DNA of 64,000 bases, taken from an uncultured Candidatus Rokubacteria bacterium. Its GTDB lineage: Bacteria; Methylomirabilota; Methylomirabilia; Rokubacteriales; CSP1-6. The position numbers and the translations under genes are program-made. Below are positions 29,149 to 38,806 of the stretch, piece after piece. The stretch lies in the NCBI GenBank assembly GCA_963754315.1, contig CAVWFS010000018.1, forward strand, positions 856,188 to 920,187, in the 5' to 3' direction. The notes below the pieces were generated by a model. The model made no database searches, was not told the DNA's origin, and worked only from the letters and a program-made list of their open reading frames with translations. How positions within the stretch are numbered: the stretch's first letter is position 1; every line of letters starts with the position of its first letter.

Positions 29149-30815
29149 TCCGCAAGCTGCCCGAGTCGCTCATCAACAGGATCGCGGCAGGGGAGGTCGT
29201 GGAACGCCCGGCGGCGGCCGTCAAGGAGTTGGTAGAGAACGCGCTCGATGCGGGTGCAGGCAGCATTAGCGTCGATTTGCGCGATGGTGGGAGCGCGCTC
29301 GTTCGCGTCACCGACGACGGCAGCGGCATGACCGCGCACGAGCTCCCGCTGGCTCTTGAGCGCCACGCGACGTCCAAGCTTGCGCGCGACGAGGACCTCG
29401 CCGCCATCGCCACCCTCGGGTTCCGGGGCGAGGCTTTGCCGGCCATTTGCGCGGTGTCCCGCTTCACCATCACCAGCCGCGCCCGCGGCGCGGCGGAGGG
29501 GCTGCGCGTGGCGGGGGAGGGCGGAGTGATCACGCAGCGACTGCCGGTCCCCGCCGAACCGGGGACCTCGGTCGAGGTGCGTGATCTTTTCTTCAACACG
29601 CCGGCCCGCCTCAAGTTTCTCAAGAGCGCGGCGGCCGAGACTGCGGCGAGCCTGCGCACGTTGAGCGCGCTGGCGGCAGCGCACCCGCGGGTGCAGGTTC
29701 GGGTGGCTCACAACGGCCGGCCAGCCATCACGGCGCCGCACGCCGTCGACCAGCGCGCGCGGCTGGCGGCGCTATGGGGGTGGGAGGTTGCCACGCGTTT
29801 GCTCGTCGTCGAGCGCGCCGAGCATGGCGTCCTGGTAGAGGGGCTGGTGGCGCCCCCCGATCTCGTCCGTGGAAATCGCGACGATGTCCTGCTCGTGGTC
29901 AACGGACGTCCCGTGCGGGACCCCGCCCTCGTGCAAGCGATCCTCGAGGCGTATCGGCCCCTGCTGGCCCGTGACCGCTACCCACTGGCGGCCATCCACC
30001 TGCGTCTGGATCCTGCGGATGTCGACGTCAACGTGCACCCGACCAAGGCCGTCGTCCGCTTCCGTCACCCGCGCCTGCTGAACGAGATGCTGGTGACGGC
30101 CATCCGGGAAGCCCTGGGTCGGAGCGAGGTCGTACCCGCAGCGCGCACAACGTCGCCTGCGCCCGATGTCTCGCTCGGCATGAGCGCGGCGGTACCGCCG
30201 GCGCAGACGGGGCTCTTCGCGGAGGAGATGGCCCCCTACACGCCCGCTCTCTTCGGGCGTGTGCTCGGGCAAGTGCAGGATACGTTCATCGTGTCGACCT
30301 CCGAGCGTGAGGTTTTCTTTCTCGACCAGCACGTGGCCGAGGAGCGTGTGATCTTCGACCGGTTGCAGGCTGACCTGCGTCGAGGCCCGCTCGCCTCGCA
30401 GACCTTGCTGTTCGCCGACCCCTTGAATATCAGTCCGGCGGCCCAGGCCCTGTTGGACCGGTGGCGCGAATCGCTGGAGCGACTGGGCTTTGCCTTCACG
30501 GAGGAGGGTGGAGGTCTGGCGCTGACGGCGGTGCCAACGCTTCTGAAGGCCGAAGACCCCGCGCGGCTGATCGAGGCGGCGGCCGACGACCTCGGCGGAG
30601 CCCGCGTGGGCGCGCCTGCGCTCGATCGCGCGCTCGCCTTCGTGGCCTGCCGAGCTGCCGTGAAGGCCGAGACGCGGCTGAGCCGAGAGGAAATGGAGCG
30701 CATCGTGAGTGACCTGGCGCTGACCACGTCGCCCTACTTCTGCCCTCACGGCCGGCCCATCGTGAGTCGCGTCTCCCTGAGCGAGATCCGCAGGGAGCTT
30801 CGCCGTACGTGGTGA
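29145..30815 (+). CDS. mutL: DNA mismatch repair endonuclease MutL
   Basis: IAAGEVVERP, ENALDAG, HATSK, GFRGEAL, DVNVHP, DQHVAEER, ACR, CPHGRP. Confidence 0.96.
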   Translation: MIRKLPESLINRIAAGEVVERPAAAVKELVENALDAGAGSISVDLRDGGSALVRVTDDGSGMTAHELPLALERHATSKLARDEDLAAIATLGFRGEALPAICAVSRFTITSRARGAAEGLRVAGEGGVITQRLPVPAEPGTSVEVRDLFFNTPARLKFLKSAAAETAASLRTLSALAAAHPRVQVRVAHNGRPAITAPHAVDQRARLAALWGWEVATRLLVVERAEHGVLVEGLVAPPDLVRGNRDDVLLVVNGRPVRDPALVQAILEAYRPLLARDRYPLAAIHLRLDPADVDVNVHPTKAVVRFRHPRLLNEMLVTAIREALGRSEVVPAARTTSPAPDVSLGMSAAVPPAQTGLFAEEMAPYTPALFGRVLGQVQDTFIVSTSEREVFFLDQHVAEERVIFDRLQADLRRGPLASQTLLFADPLNISPAAQALLDRWRESLERLGFAFTEEGGGLALTAVPTLLKAEDPARLIEAAADDLGGARVGAPALDRALAFVACRAAVKAETRLSREEMERIVSDLALTTSPYFCPHGRPIVSRVSLSEIRRELRRTW

Positions 30816-31729
30816 CCGGCACGGCACCACTCGTTGTCATCGCGGGGCCGACCGGAGTCGGCAAGACTGCCACGGCCGTGGCTCTCGCCAGTCGCCTTCC
30901 CATCGAGGTGATCAGCGCCGACTCGCGCCAGGTCTATCGCGGCCTCGACCTTGCCACCGGCAAGCCCACCGCGGCGGAGCGGGCTCTCGTCAGGCATCAC
31001 CTCATCGATATCGTGGACCCGTCCGATCGCTATCACGCCGCGCGCTTTCGCGGCGACGCCCTGAGTGCCGTTGAGGCGATCCGCTCCCGCGGCCGACTGC
31101 CGGTGCTCGTCGGCGGGACCGGGTTCTACATCCGGGCCCTTCTCCGGGGTCTCGATCCCGCTCCCCCCGCCGATCCCCAGTTCCGTGCGGCGTTGGCAGC
31201 CGTGGCCAAGCGGGGCAGGCCGGGGGCCTTGCACGATCGGCTCCGGCGGGAGGCGCCGGCGTTGGCCGAGCGGCTGCACCCGAACGACTCCGTTCGCATC
31301 ATTCGGGCCCTTGAGCTCGCCCGCGCCGGGCCCGTGCGGATGCAGGCGTGGGGCCGCCCCACGCCGGACTTTCCCGTGCTGTACATCGGGCTGACAATGG
31401 ACAGAGCCCGACTGGTGCCCAGGCTGCGCGCCCGCTGTTCGGCCATGGTGGCGGCTGGGCTCGCGGCCGAGGTCGAGCAGTTGCTTGCGCGCGGGTATGA
31501 CGAGACGTTGCCCGCGCTGCAAGGCATCGGCTATCGGGACTTCGTGGGGGTGGTACGGGGCGGCGGGAGCCCGAGCGCGGCGCTCTCGACCATGCAGCGC
31601 GACACGCTTCGCTACGCGAAGCGGCAGCTGACGTGGTTTCGGCGAGAGCCCGACATCGAGTGGGTCGACGTGGAAGGCGAGGGTGGGCCCTCGGGGGTGG
31701 CCGCCCTCGTGGAGGAGCGCTTGACGTGA
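30812..31729 (+). CDS. miaA: tRNA dimethylallyltransferase
   Basis: GPTGVGKT, ISADSRQVYRG, VGGTGFY, YAKRQLTWF. Confidence 0.96.
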   Translation: MTGTAPLVVIAGPTGVGKTATAVALASRLPIEVISADSRQVYRGLDLATGKPTAAERALVRHHLIDIVDPSDRYHAARFRGDALSAVEAIRSRGRLPVLVGGTGFYIRALLRGLDPAPPADPQFRAALAAVAKRGRPGALHDRLRREAPALAERLHPNDSVRIIRALELARAGPVRMQAWGRPTPDFPVLYIGLTMDRARLVPRLRARCSAMVAAGLAAEVEQLLARGYDETLPALQGIGYRDFVGVVRGGGSPSAALSTMQRDTLRYAKRQLTWFRREPDIEWVDVEGEGGPSGVAALVEERLT

Positions 31730-32991
31730 AGGGGCACAGCAACGGCCGGCGTCCGGAAGGGGTCATCATCGGAGGATTGCGGTTCGGAGGGGCGCGCCGC
31801 TGGCAGATCGACGAGTCGCTCGATGAGCTGTCCGCCCTGGTCCAGGCGGCAGGGGGGGTGGTCGTCGAGCGGGTCGTTCAGGAGCGGATGGCGCCGTCGC
31901 CCGCGCTCTACTTCGGCAAGGGCAAGGCGGCCGAGATCGGCGAAATCGCCCGGCAGCGCCGGGCCGATCTGTTTGTGTCCGACGACGCTCTCTCGCCCGT
32001 ACAGGAGAGAAACCTCACGCAGGCTCTCGGCATCAAGGTCATCGACCGGACGGCTTTGATTCTCGACATCTTTGCGCAGCGGGCGCGTACGAGCGAAGGC
32101 AAGCTCCAAGTCGAGCTGGCTCAGCTCACCTATCTCATGCCGCGTCTGGTCGGGCAGTGGAAGCATCTGGAGCGGTTGGGGGGCGGCATCGGGACGCGGG
32201 GACCGGGTGAGACGCAGCTCGAGTCGGACCGTCGCGTCATCCGCGCACGGGTGCGGCAGATCACGCACGACCTCGAACGGGTGAAAGTCCACCGGCGCGT
32301 GCAGCGCGGGGGGCGGCAGCGAGCCGGATGGCCCGTGGTCGCCCTGGTCGGCTACACCAATGCTGGAAAGACCACTCTCCTCAATCGACTGACCGGAGCG
32401 TCCTTGACCGCTGCCGATCAGCTGTTCGTCACGCTCGATCCGGTGGCACGGTTGGTGAACGGCGATGGCCGATCGCCATTCGTGTTAACCGACACAGTAG
32501 GATTCATTCGCAAGCTCCCACACGAGCTGGTGGCGGCTTTTCGGGCCACGCTGGAGGAGCTGGCCGAGGCGGACGTGCTGCTGCACGTGGTTGATGCCAG
32601 CCACCCACAGTTCGAAGAGCACCTGACCGCGGTGGAGACCCTGCTGGAGGAGCTCCAGGTACTGGAGCGTCCACGCCTTCTCGTGCTGAACAAGCTCGAC
32701 CGCCTGGAGGATCCGGTCATGGCGGATGGGCTGGTACGCCTCCGAGGGGGCGTGGCTGTATCGGCACGCACGGGAGAAGGTGTGCCAGAGCTCCTCCAGG
32801 CCATCGGCGCGCTCCTGCCGCGCCGGAACGAGCCCGTGACCCTCCGCATCCCGCACTCCGAGGGGGCTGCCCTTGCTTTCTGTTACACGCGGGGCCGGGT
32901 CCTCACCCGCGCTGACGAGCCGCAGCACGTCCGCGTGCAAGTAGAACTGCCCGGCGACCTCCTCGGCCCTCTCGGTACGTACCGAGTGTGA
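31726..32991 (+). CDS. hflX: Ribosome-splitting GTPase HflX
   Basis: LILDIFAQRA, GGIGTRGPGETQLE, GYTNAGKT, DTVGFI, NKLD. Confidence 0.96.
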   Translation: MKGHSNGRRPEGVIIGGLRFGGARRWQIDESLDELSALVQAAGGVVVERVVQERMAPSPALYFGKGKAAEIGEIARQRRADLFVSDDALSPVQERNLTQALGIKVIDRTALILDIFAQRARTSEGKLQVELAQLTYLMPRLVGQWKHLERLGGGIGTRGPGETQLESDRRVIRARVRQITHDLERVKVHRRVQRGGRQRAGWPVVALVGYTNAGKTTLLNRLTGASLTAADQLFVTLDPVARLVNGDGRSPFVLTDTVGFIRKLPHELVAAFRATLEELAEADVLLHVVDASHPQFEEHLTAVETLLEELQVLERPRLLVLNKLDRLEDPVMADGLVRLRGGVAVSARTGEGVPELLQAIGALLPRRNEPVTLRIPHSEGAALAFCYTRGRVLTRADEPQHVRVQVELPGDLLGPLGTYRV

Positions 32992-33025
32992 GGGGCGAGA
33001 GGCGGGTCGGCTGTGCGGACGGCGA

Positions 33026-33034
33026 TGCTAGACT
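33026..33034 (+). promoter_or_regulatory. Extended -10 element upstream of pgsA (short-leader mRNA)
   Basis: TGcTAGACT 11 nt before ATG 33046, no SD. Confidence 0.45.
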
Positions 33035-33045
33035 GAGTGACTCCT

Positions 33046-33627
33046 ATGGGACTTGCCAACTGGCTCACCGTTCTGCGTATTGTCCTGATTCCCCTCTTCG
33101 TGCTCCTACTGCTGTACAAGCGCCCGGGTCTGGCGCTCGTCGTGTTTGCCTCGGCTGCCCTCACGGACCTGCTCGATGGTTACGTCGCGCGACGGCGGGG
33201 AAGCCAGACCCGACTCGGTGCCTTCCTCGACCCGATGGCCGACAAGCTTCTGCTCACGGCCGCTTTCGTAACCTTGACCCATCTGAGGGTTCTTCCCGCT
33301 TGGATTACGGTCGTCGTGATCAGTCGCGACGTCATCCTCATGATGGGCGCGCTTCTCATTCACATGTTGGGCGGACGTATCTATCCGCGACCGACCTGGG
33401 CCGGCAAGGCCGCCACCTTTTTCCAGATCCTGGCCGTGCTGGCCGGCATGATGGCGCGCTACTTCCGTCCCTGGGGTCCGAACGCCCTGGTGCTGAGCTC
33501 GTTCGTGTGGCTGGCGGCGATCTTCACGATCGTCTCCGGACTGCAGTACCTCGTGCAAGGCATGCGGTACCTCAGCGCCACCGACGCGGCCCGAGAGGAA
33601 ACCAGTGAGAGCGTGTTCTTCCGCTGA
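33046..33627 (+). CDS. pgsA: CDP-alcohol phosphatidyltransferase (PGP synthase-like)
   Basis: NWLTVLRI, DLLDGYVAR...G..LDPMADK signature; hydrophobic. Confidence 0.88.
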   Translation: MGLANWLTVLRIVLIPLFVLLLLYKRPGLALVVFASAALTDLLDGYVARRRGSQTRLGAFLDPMADKLLLTAAFVTLTHLRVLPAWITVVVISRDVILMMGALLIHMLGGRIYPRPTWAGKAATFFQILAVLAGMMARYFRPWGPNALVLSSFVWLAAIFTIVSGLQYLVQGMRYLSATDAAREETSESVFFR

Positions 33628-34927
33628 CGGGGTCGTGGTGGCCTCTGTTCGCCGCCGATCCCCCGCGGCGGTGGCGGGCCTCGCGGCGGGTGACCGCCTC
33701 CTCGCCATCAACGGCCAGCCCCTGCGGGACGTCATCGACTTTCAGTTCCACGCCGGCGAGGAGATCCTAGAGGTAGAGCTGGAGCGCGCGACGGTACGCA
33801 CGTCGCTGACCCTGATCCGAAAGGGCCACGACATCGGCCTCGAGCTCGAAGCCCCCCGCCCCGGTGAGATCGCCACCTGCGCCAACAAATGTGTCTTCTG
33901 CTTCATTCACCAGCTTCCCAAGGGAATGCGACGCAGCCTCTACGTAAAGGACGACGACTTCCGGCTGTCGTTCCTGCACGGCAACTACATCACGCTCAGC
34001 GATCTGGACGAGGAGGCCTTCGCTCGGATCATCGCGCAGCGCCTGTCGCCGCTCTACATCTCGGTGCATGCTACGGATCCAGCGCTACGCCACGCCTTGC
34101 TTGGGCGGCCGCGTCACTCCGCCGAGATCCTTCCCCGTCTCGAGCGACTGAGCAAGGCGGGTATCCGGCTGCACGCTCAGATCGTCCTCTGCCCGGACTG
34201 GAACGATGGCGAGCACCTGGAGCGTACGGTCTTCGATCTGGCTCCTCTCTCGCCCCAGGTGGCCACCACGGCCGTCGTCCCCGTGGGCTTGACCCGCCAC
34301 CGAGAGCGCCTGCCCGCCCTGCGCCGGCTACGGGACGAGGAGGCGCGGGCGCTTGTGGCCACCGTTGCCCGTTGGCAGGAGCGCTTTCTCGCGGCACTTG
34401 GCACCCGCTTCGTGTTCCTCTCAGACGAGGTGTATCTGCAGGCTGGTGTTGAGGTGCCTCTCGCCGCCGACTACGAAGGCTTCCCGGTGGCCGAGGATGG
34501 GGTGGGCCTGGTGCGACGCTTCGAGGATGGGTTTCGGCGCGCGGCAGCGCGACGTCGGAACGGTCGGCCCTCGTCACCGGTCACTGCGGTGACTGGTGCG
34601 ATGTACGCGCCTCGGCTGGGTCGCTTGCTGGCCGGACTCGAACCCCGCGGGGTGCAGGCACGCGTGGTGGGGGTGCCCAACGATTTCTTCGGCCATGACA
34701 TTGCGGTGGCAGGACTCCTCACGGGGGGAGACATCCGGCGTCATCTCGGATCCCGGGCCGATCTCGGGGCGTCGATCCTCGTGCCCGCGTCGGCCGTCCG
34801 CGACGGCGAGAACGTCTTCCTGGACGACCTCACTCCGCGCGACCTCTCACGCGATCTTGGGGTGCCGGTACGAATCATCGAGCCGACCGCAGAAGCGCTG
34901 GTGCGCGTCCTGCTCGGGACGGCATGA
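33605..34927 (+). CDS. PDZ-containing radical SAM protein, DUF512 family
   Basis: N-terminal PDZ-like (GDRLLAING), CANKCVFC (CX3CX2C), LYVKDDDFRLSFL, VAGLLTG. Confidence 0.9.
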   Translation: MRACSSADGVVVASVRRRSPAAVAGLAAGDRLLAINGQPLRDVIDFQFHAGEEILEVELERATVRTSLTLIRKGHDIGLELEAPRPGEIATCANKCVFCFIHQLPKGMRRSLYVKDDDFRLSFLHGNYITLSDLDEEAFARIIAQRLSPLYISVHATDPALRHALLGRPRHSAEILPRLERLSKAGIRLHAQIVLCPDWNDGEHLERTVFDLAPLSPQVATTAVVPVGLTRHRERLPALRRLRDEEARALVATVARWQERFLAALGTRFVFLSDEVYLQAGVEVPLAADYEGFPVAEDGVGLVRRFEDGFRRAAARRRNGRPSSPVTAVTGAMYAPRLGRLLAGLEPRGVQARVVGVPNDFFGHDIAVAGLLTGGDIRRHLGSRADLGASILVPASAVRDGENVFLDDLTPRDLSRDLGVPVRIIEPTAEALVRVLLGTA

Positions 34928-36301
34928 CACCCCGCCCGCTGATTGCCATCGTCGGCCGGCCGAACGTCGGCAAGTCGACCCTGTTCAACCGCCTGGTGGG
35001 AAGGCGGTCGTCGATCGTGCGCGACATTCCCGGCGTGACGCGTGACCGACTTTACGGACGCGTGAGTCTGGGAACGTGGAACGCCACCGTGATCGATACC
35101 GGCGGATTCGACCCGAGCTCGGAGGAGTCTCTGATCGAGGGCGTGCGACGTCAGGTGCTGGCCGCCGTGGAGGAATCAGATCTCGTGCTGTTCGTCGTCG
35201 ATACGCGGGCCGGTGTCACTGCTCTCGACGAGGAGCTTGCCCGGACCCTGCGCCGGTGTCGTCGGCCCGTGCTGCTGGTGGCCAACAAAGTCGACGGTGG
35301 AGGCATGGAGAGCGGGCTGGCCGAGCTCTATCGTCTCGGCTTCGGTGATCCGTTGCCCGTCTCGAGTGAACACGGGCGCGGAGTCGCCGAGATGCTTGAG
35401 GTCGTACGCGCGCGAGTTCCGGCGGAGCCCTCGACACCGTCCCACGAGGGCGGTGCCCGTCCAGATCGCAGTCATCGGACGTCCCAACGTCGGCAAATCG
35501 TCACTGGTGAACGCCGTGGTTGGCGGCGACCGTGTGCTCGTCGACGCCGCCCCCGGCACGACCCGCGACGCCGTCGACACGGCGTTCGTCTACGAGGGAC
35601 GACCGTACGTTCTGGTCGACACCGCCGGTATCCGCCGCAAGGGACGAGTGACGGAAGTTCTGGAAAAGCTTGCAGTGGTCATGGCCCGCAAAAGCCTCGA
35701 GCGCTGCCAGGTCGCGCTCCTCGTTCTCGACGCATCCACGGGCGTTGCCGCCCAGGACGCGCACCTGGCCGGCTATGCTGATGCCGCGGGCCGGGCCACC
35801 GTCGTCGTGGTCAACAAGTGGGATCTGGTCCCCGCGGGCATGGTCCGCAAAGCGGAGGTGATCGAGCAGATCCGCGATCGGCTCCCGTTTCTCGACTACG
35901 CGCCGATCTGTTTCACCTCGGCCCTGCACGGGAAAGGGATAGCCGACCTCTTCGAGACGATCGACATGGTCGCGGCCGAGGCTGGCCGCCGCCTCCCGGG
36001 TGCAGAGGTACTGGCCACGCTCCGTCAGGCCCTCGAGCGGCGCCCAGTATCGGTGGCGGGTGGTCCTCTGACCCTCCAGTCGGTTTCCCAGATCGCGGTG
36101 CGACCTCCGAGCTTCGCCCTTCGCGTGAGTCGGCCCTCTGGTATTCACTTCTCCTATGAGCGGTATCTGGTGAAGTCCCTGCGGCGCGCGTTTGGTCTGA
36201 CAGGATCGCCGATTCGCCTGTCGTTCCGACAAGGTGCCCCGGCCCGTTCTCGGGTTCGGTCCACGAAGCGCCGAGGGGTCGGCGGCAATCTCCCACGTTG
36301 A
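34924..36301 (+). CDS. der: Ribosome biogenesis GTPase Der, split by one frameshift near 35445-35452 (probably sequencing indel)
   Basis: Two G-domains (GRPNVGKS twice, DTGG/DTAG, NKVD/NKWD) in different frames, plus KH-like tail YERYL..LRRAF. Confidence 0.92.
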
Positions 36302-36316
36302 CGTGAAGCCTCAGCC

Positions 36317-37120
36317 GTGCGACTGCACACGCTGATCGTCGTGGTGGCCGTGGTGCTCGTGGGTGCGACAGCTTCCGGGTTTCTCTTCTCTCGGTTGGAT
36401 ACGGGGGCCCGGGCCACCAGCATGCGCCATCCTGGTGGAGCCGTGACACAGCCCGACGTGGTTCGTCCCACCGAGAGGACCATCGAGATTCCTCTCACCG
36501 ACCGCATGCCCGTCCGCCTGCCACTGGAGGGGGTTCCACCCGGATGGCATCTGAGGGAGTTTGCGGGGCGCGCAAACGTCGAGCTCGTACGAGACGATGC
36601 CCTGGCGCTCAGGCTCCGCAGTGATCGCTCATCGTACGTTCTCTACCGCGACATTCGGGTTGATATGCAATCCCATCCCTGGCTGTCCTGGTCGTGGAAG
36701 GTCCTCCGCCTTCCGAGCGGCGGTGACGTGCGGACCCCGGGTACCGATGACCAGGCAGCGCAGCTTTACGTCGTGTTCCCGCGCTGGCCCGCGCCCCAGG
36801 AGCGCAGTGAGGTCATCGGGTACGTGTGGGATACGACGGCACCCATTGCCACGCACCTGCCGAGCCCCCGTGCGTCGAATGTCCGGCTGATCGTGGTGGC
36901 GTCTGGCCCGGCAGGCCTCGGACGGTGGCAGCGATTTCAGCGAAATGTAGCGGCCGACTTCCTGGCCCTGTTTGGTCGTGAGCCGACGCGGGCCGGCAAG
37001 ATCGGGCTGATGATCGACAGCAACGACACCGCTTCTGTCGCCGAGGCCCTCGTCGCGGATTTACGCTTCTCGATCGGCCTAACAGAAAGCGCGGAAAGAC
37101 CAACGCCCATGCTACGATAG
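36317..37120 (+). CDS. DUF3047-like exported protein
   Basis: N-terminal TM; PWLSWSWKV, DDQAA, YVWD, RNVAADF...FG, IDSNDT pattern. Confidence 0.72.
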   Translation: MRLHTLIVVVAVVLVGATASGFLFSRLDTGARATSMRHPGGAVTQPDVVRPTERTIEIPLTDRMPVRLPLEGVPPGWHLREFAGRANVELVRDDALALRLRSDRSSYVLYRDIRVDMQSHPWLSWSWKVLRLPSGGDVRTPGTDDQAAQLYVVFPRWPAPQERSEVIGYVWDTTAPIATHLPSPRASNVRLIVVASGPAGLGRWQRFQRNVAADFLALFGREPTRAGKIGLMIDSNDTASVAEALVADLRFSIGLTESAERPTPMLR

Positions 37121-37162
37121 CGGCGAATACTTCGCCGAGATCGCCAGGGAAGGGGGCATAAC

Positions 37163-37903
37163 ATGAACACAGGCCGCGCGCTCTGGGAGGCGCGCTGGTT
37201 TCGGGCTGTGGCTGTCTTTTCCCTGACAGCGATCGTCGCCGTCGCAACGGTGCCCTCCGTGGTTCGGCAGGCGACCGAGCGCGAAGATGCTCATGGATTA
37301 CTCGTATGGGTGGAGGATCTGGAGTCTATTCCCCTGATCACGCGGGTCGCCGCCGCGACACCCGCGGAAGTGTACTGGGTGCAAGTGGGCGTGTACCGGG
37401 ATGGGGCCGCCGCCAAACGGGTGGCACAACGGTTGCGTGAGCGAAAATACCGGGTCGAGGAGTCGGTCGTGCCGCAGCAAGGCACGGCTGGAGGAGGCGG
37501 CGGACCCCCGGCAGCACCCTCATCGGAGAGCCGGGCGCGCTATGAAGTCGTCGTGTCGGGCGGCGTCTCGAGCGAACTGACGGCCAAGGTCGCCGCCATG
37601 GGGCTTGCTGGCCGTCCGAGCCCGGACGGGGTTGTCATTACCCCGAGCCTGCCACTGAGCGAAGCGGTAGCGCTGTCGAAAGACCTTACCGACAACGGCA
37701 TCCCCGTGCGGGTACGACGGGTGGGTTCTCCGGCTGTCGCGGCCGCTCAGGGGCCCGAGTCTCACGCTCTGACCGCCGGTGGATCGGCCGCGGTGCATCG
37801 TGTGCGGGTGGGCGGCTTCACCGAGCGGTCGGCGGCCATGGCCGCCCTGCGCGAATTGGAGGCGCTAGGGTACAAGCCGTTCCTGGCGCGAGGGAGCGAG
37901 TAA
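37163..37903 (+). CDS. SPOR-domain protein
   Basis: N-terminal TM; YWVQVGVYRD..AA and HRVRVGGF..RSAA...L SPOR-like segments. Confidence 0.7.
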   Translation: MNTGRALWEARWFRAVAVFSLTAIVAVATVPSVVRQATEREDAHGLLVWVEDLESIPLITRVAAATPAEVYWVQVGVYRDGAAAKRVAQRLRERKYRVEESVVPQQGTAGGGGGPPAAPSSESRARYEVVVSGGVSSELTAKVAAMGLAGRPSPDGVVITPSLPLSEAVALSKDLTDNGIPVRVRRVGSPAVAAAQGPESHALTAGGSAAVHRVRVGGFTERSAAMAALRELEALGYKPFLARGSE

Positions 37904-37940
37904 GCGAGCGCCAATCAGCCACAGGGGGTGATCAGTCACC

Positions 37941-38270
37941 GTGACGAAGAACGACCTGGTGAACGCCGTCGCAGCCCACGGCCTCTCCAAGAGGCAGTCC
38001 TCCTCCGTGGTGGAGTCCGTGTTTGACACGATCTTCAACTGCTTCGAAAAGGGCGAAGACGTCAAGATCGTTGGCTTTGGTCACTTCCGCATCCGGCAGA
38101 AGGCGTCGCGCCGCGGCCGCAACCCGCAGACCGGGGACAGCATCGAGATCACTGCCCGCAAAGTGCTGACGTTCAAGCCAAGCAAGGGTCTGAAGCAACG
38201 GATCAATAGTCCCTCGGTCCGCCCAGCCCTGACCACGCCCACCGCGCCCCCGGTACCACCGCACCTCTGA
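37941..38270 (+). CDS. ihfA: Integration host factor alpha/HU family, Pro-rich tail
   Basis: MTKNDL, VKIVGFGHF, GRNPQTG, ITARKVLTFKPS; followed by merR-tRNA-Pro. Confidence 0.88.
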   Translation: MTKNDLVNAVAAHGLSKRQSSSVVESVFDTIFNCFEKGEDVKIVGFGHFRIRQKASRRGRNPQTGDSIEITARKVLTFKPSKGLKQRINSPSVRPALTTPTAPPVPPHL

Positions 38271-38278
38271 GGTGAGCT

Positions 38279-38635
38279 ATGGCGGCTGAGACAGCCGAGA
38301 AGCTCTACTACCGGATCGGAGAAGTGGAGTCGATCACCGGCGTCCCCGCGTATGTCCTGCGCTACTGGGAATCCGAGTTCAAGCTGCTCCGGCCGAAAAA
38401 GAACTCAGCGGGGCAGCGTCTGTATCGTCATCGCGACCTCGACCTCGTCAAACGGATCAAGACCCTCCTCTACGACGAGCGATTGACCCTGGAGGGGGCC
38501 AAGAAGCGGCTCCTCGCGGAGTCGCGCAAAGGAGGGGAGCAACTCGAGCTCGGCATGCGTGAGGCCTCGTATGCTGCCGCGCTGCGCCGCATTCGCGAGC
38601 ACCTGGTCGGGCTGCGGGCCAAGCTCAGGGGTTGA
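38279..38635 (+). CDS. MerR-family regulator (ihfA-linked type)
   Basis: [35 protein letters not shown]. Confidence 0.9.
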   Translation: MAAETAEKLYYRIGEVESITGVPAYVLRYWESEFKLLRPKKNSAGQRLYRHRDLDLVKRIKTLLYDERLTLEGAKKRLLAESRKGGEQLELGMREASYAAALRRIREHLVGLRAKLRG

Positions 38636-38672
38636 AGGTCTTCCACGCATCTGCGAGAATCCAGATCGAGGT

Positions 38673-38749
<77 letters not shown>

Positions 38750-38759
38750 TGAACGATGA

Positions 38760-38795
38760 CGGGGCTACGAGGCGACTCGTAGCCCCGCGTTCGTT
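38760..38795 (+). terminator. GC-rich hairpin, probable intrinsic terminator
   Basis: CGGGGCTACGAG-gcga-CTCGTAGCCCCG (12-bp stem, GNRA loop), weak T tail. Confidence 0.65.
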
Positions 38796-38806
38796 CGAGA
38801 ATTGAC

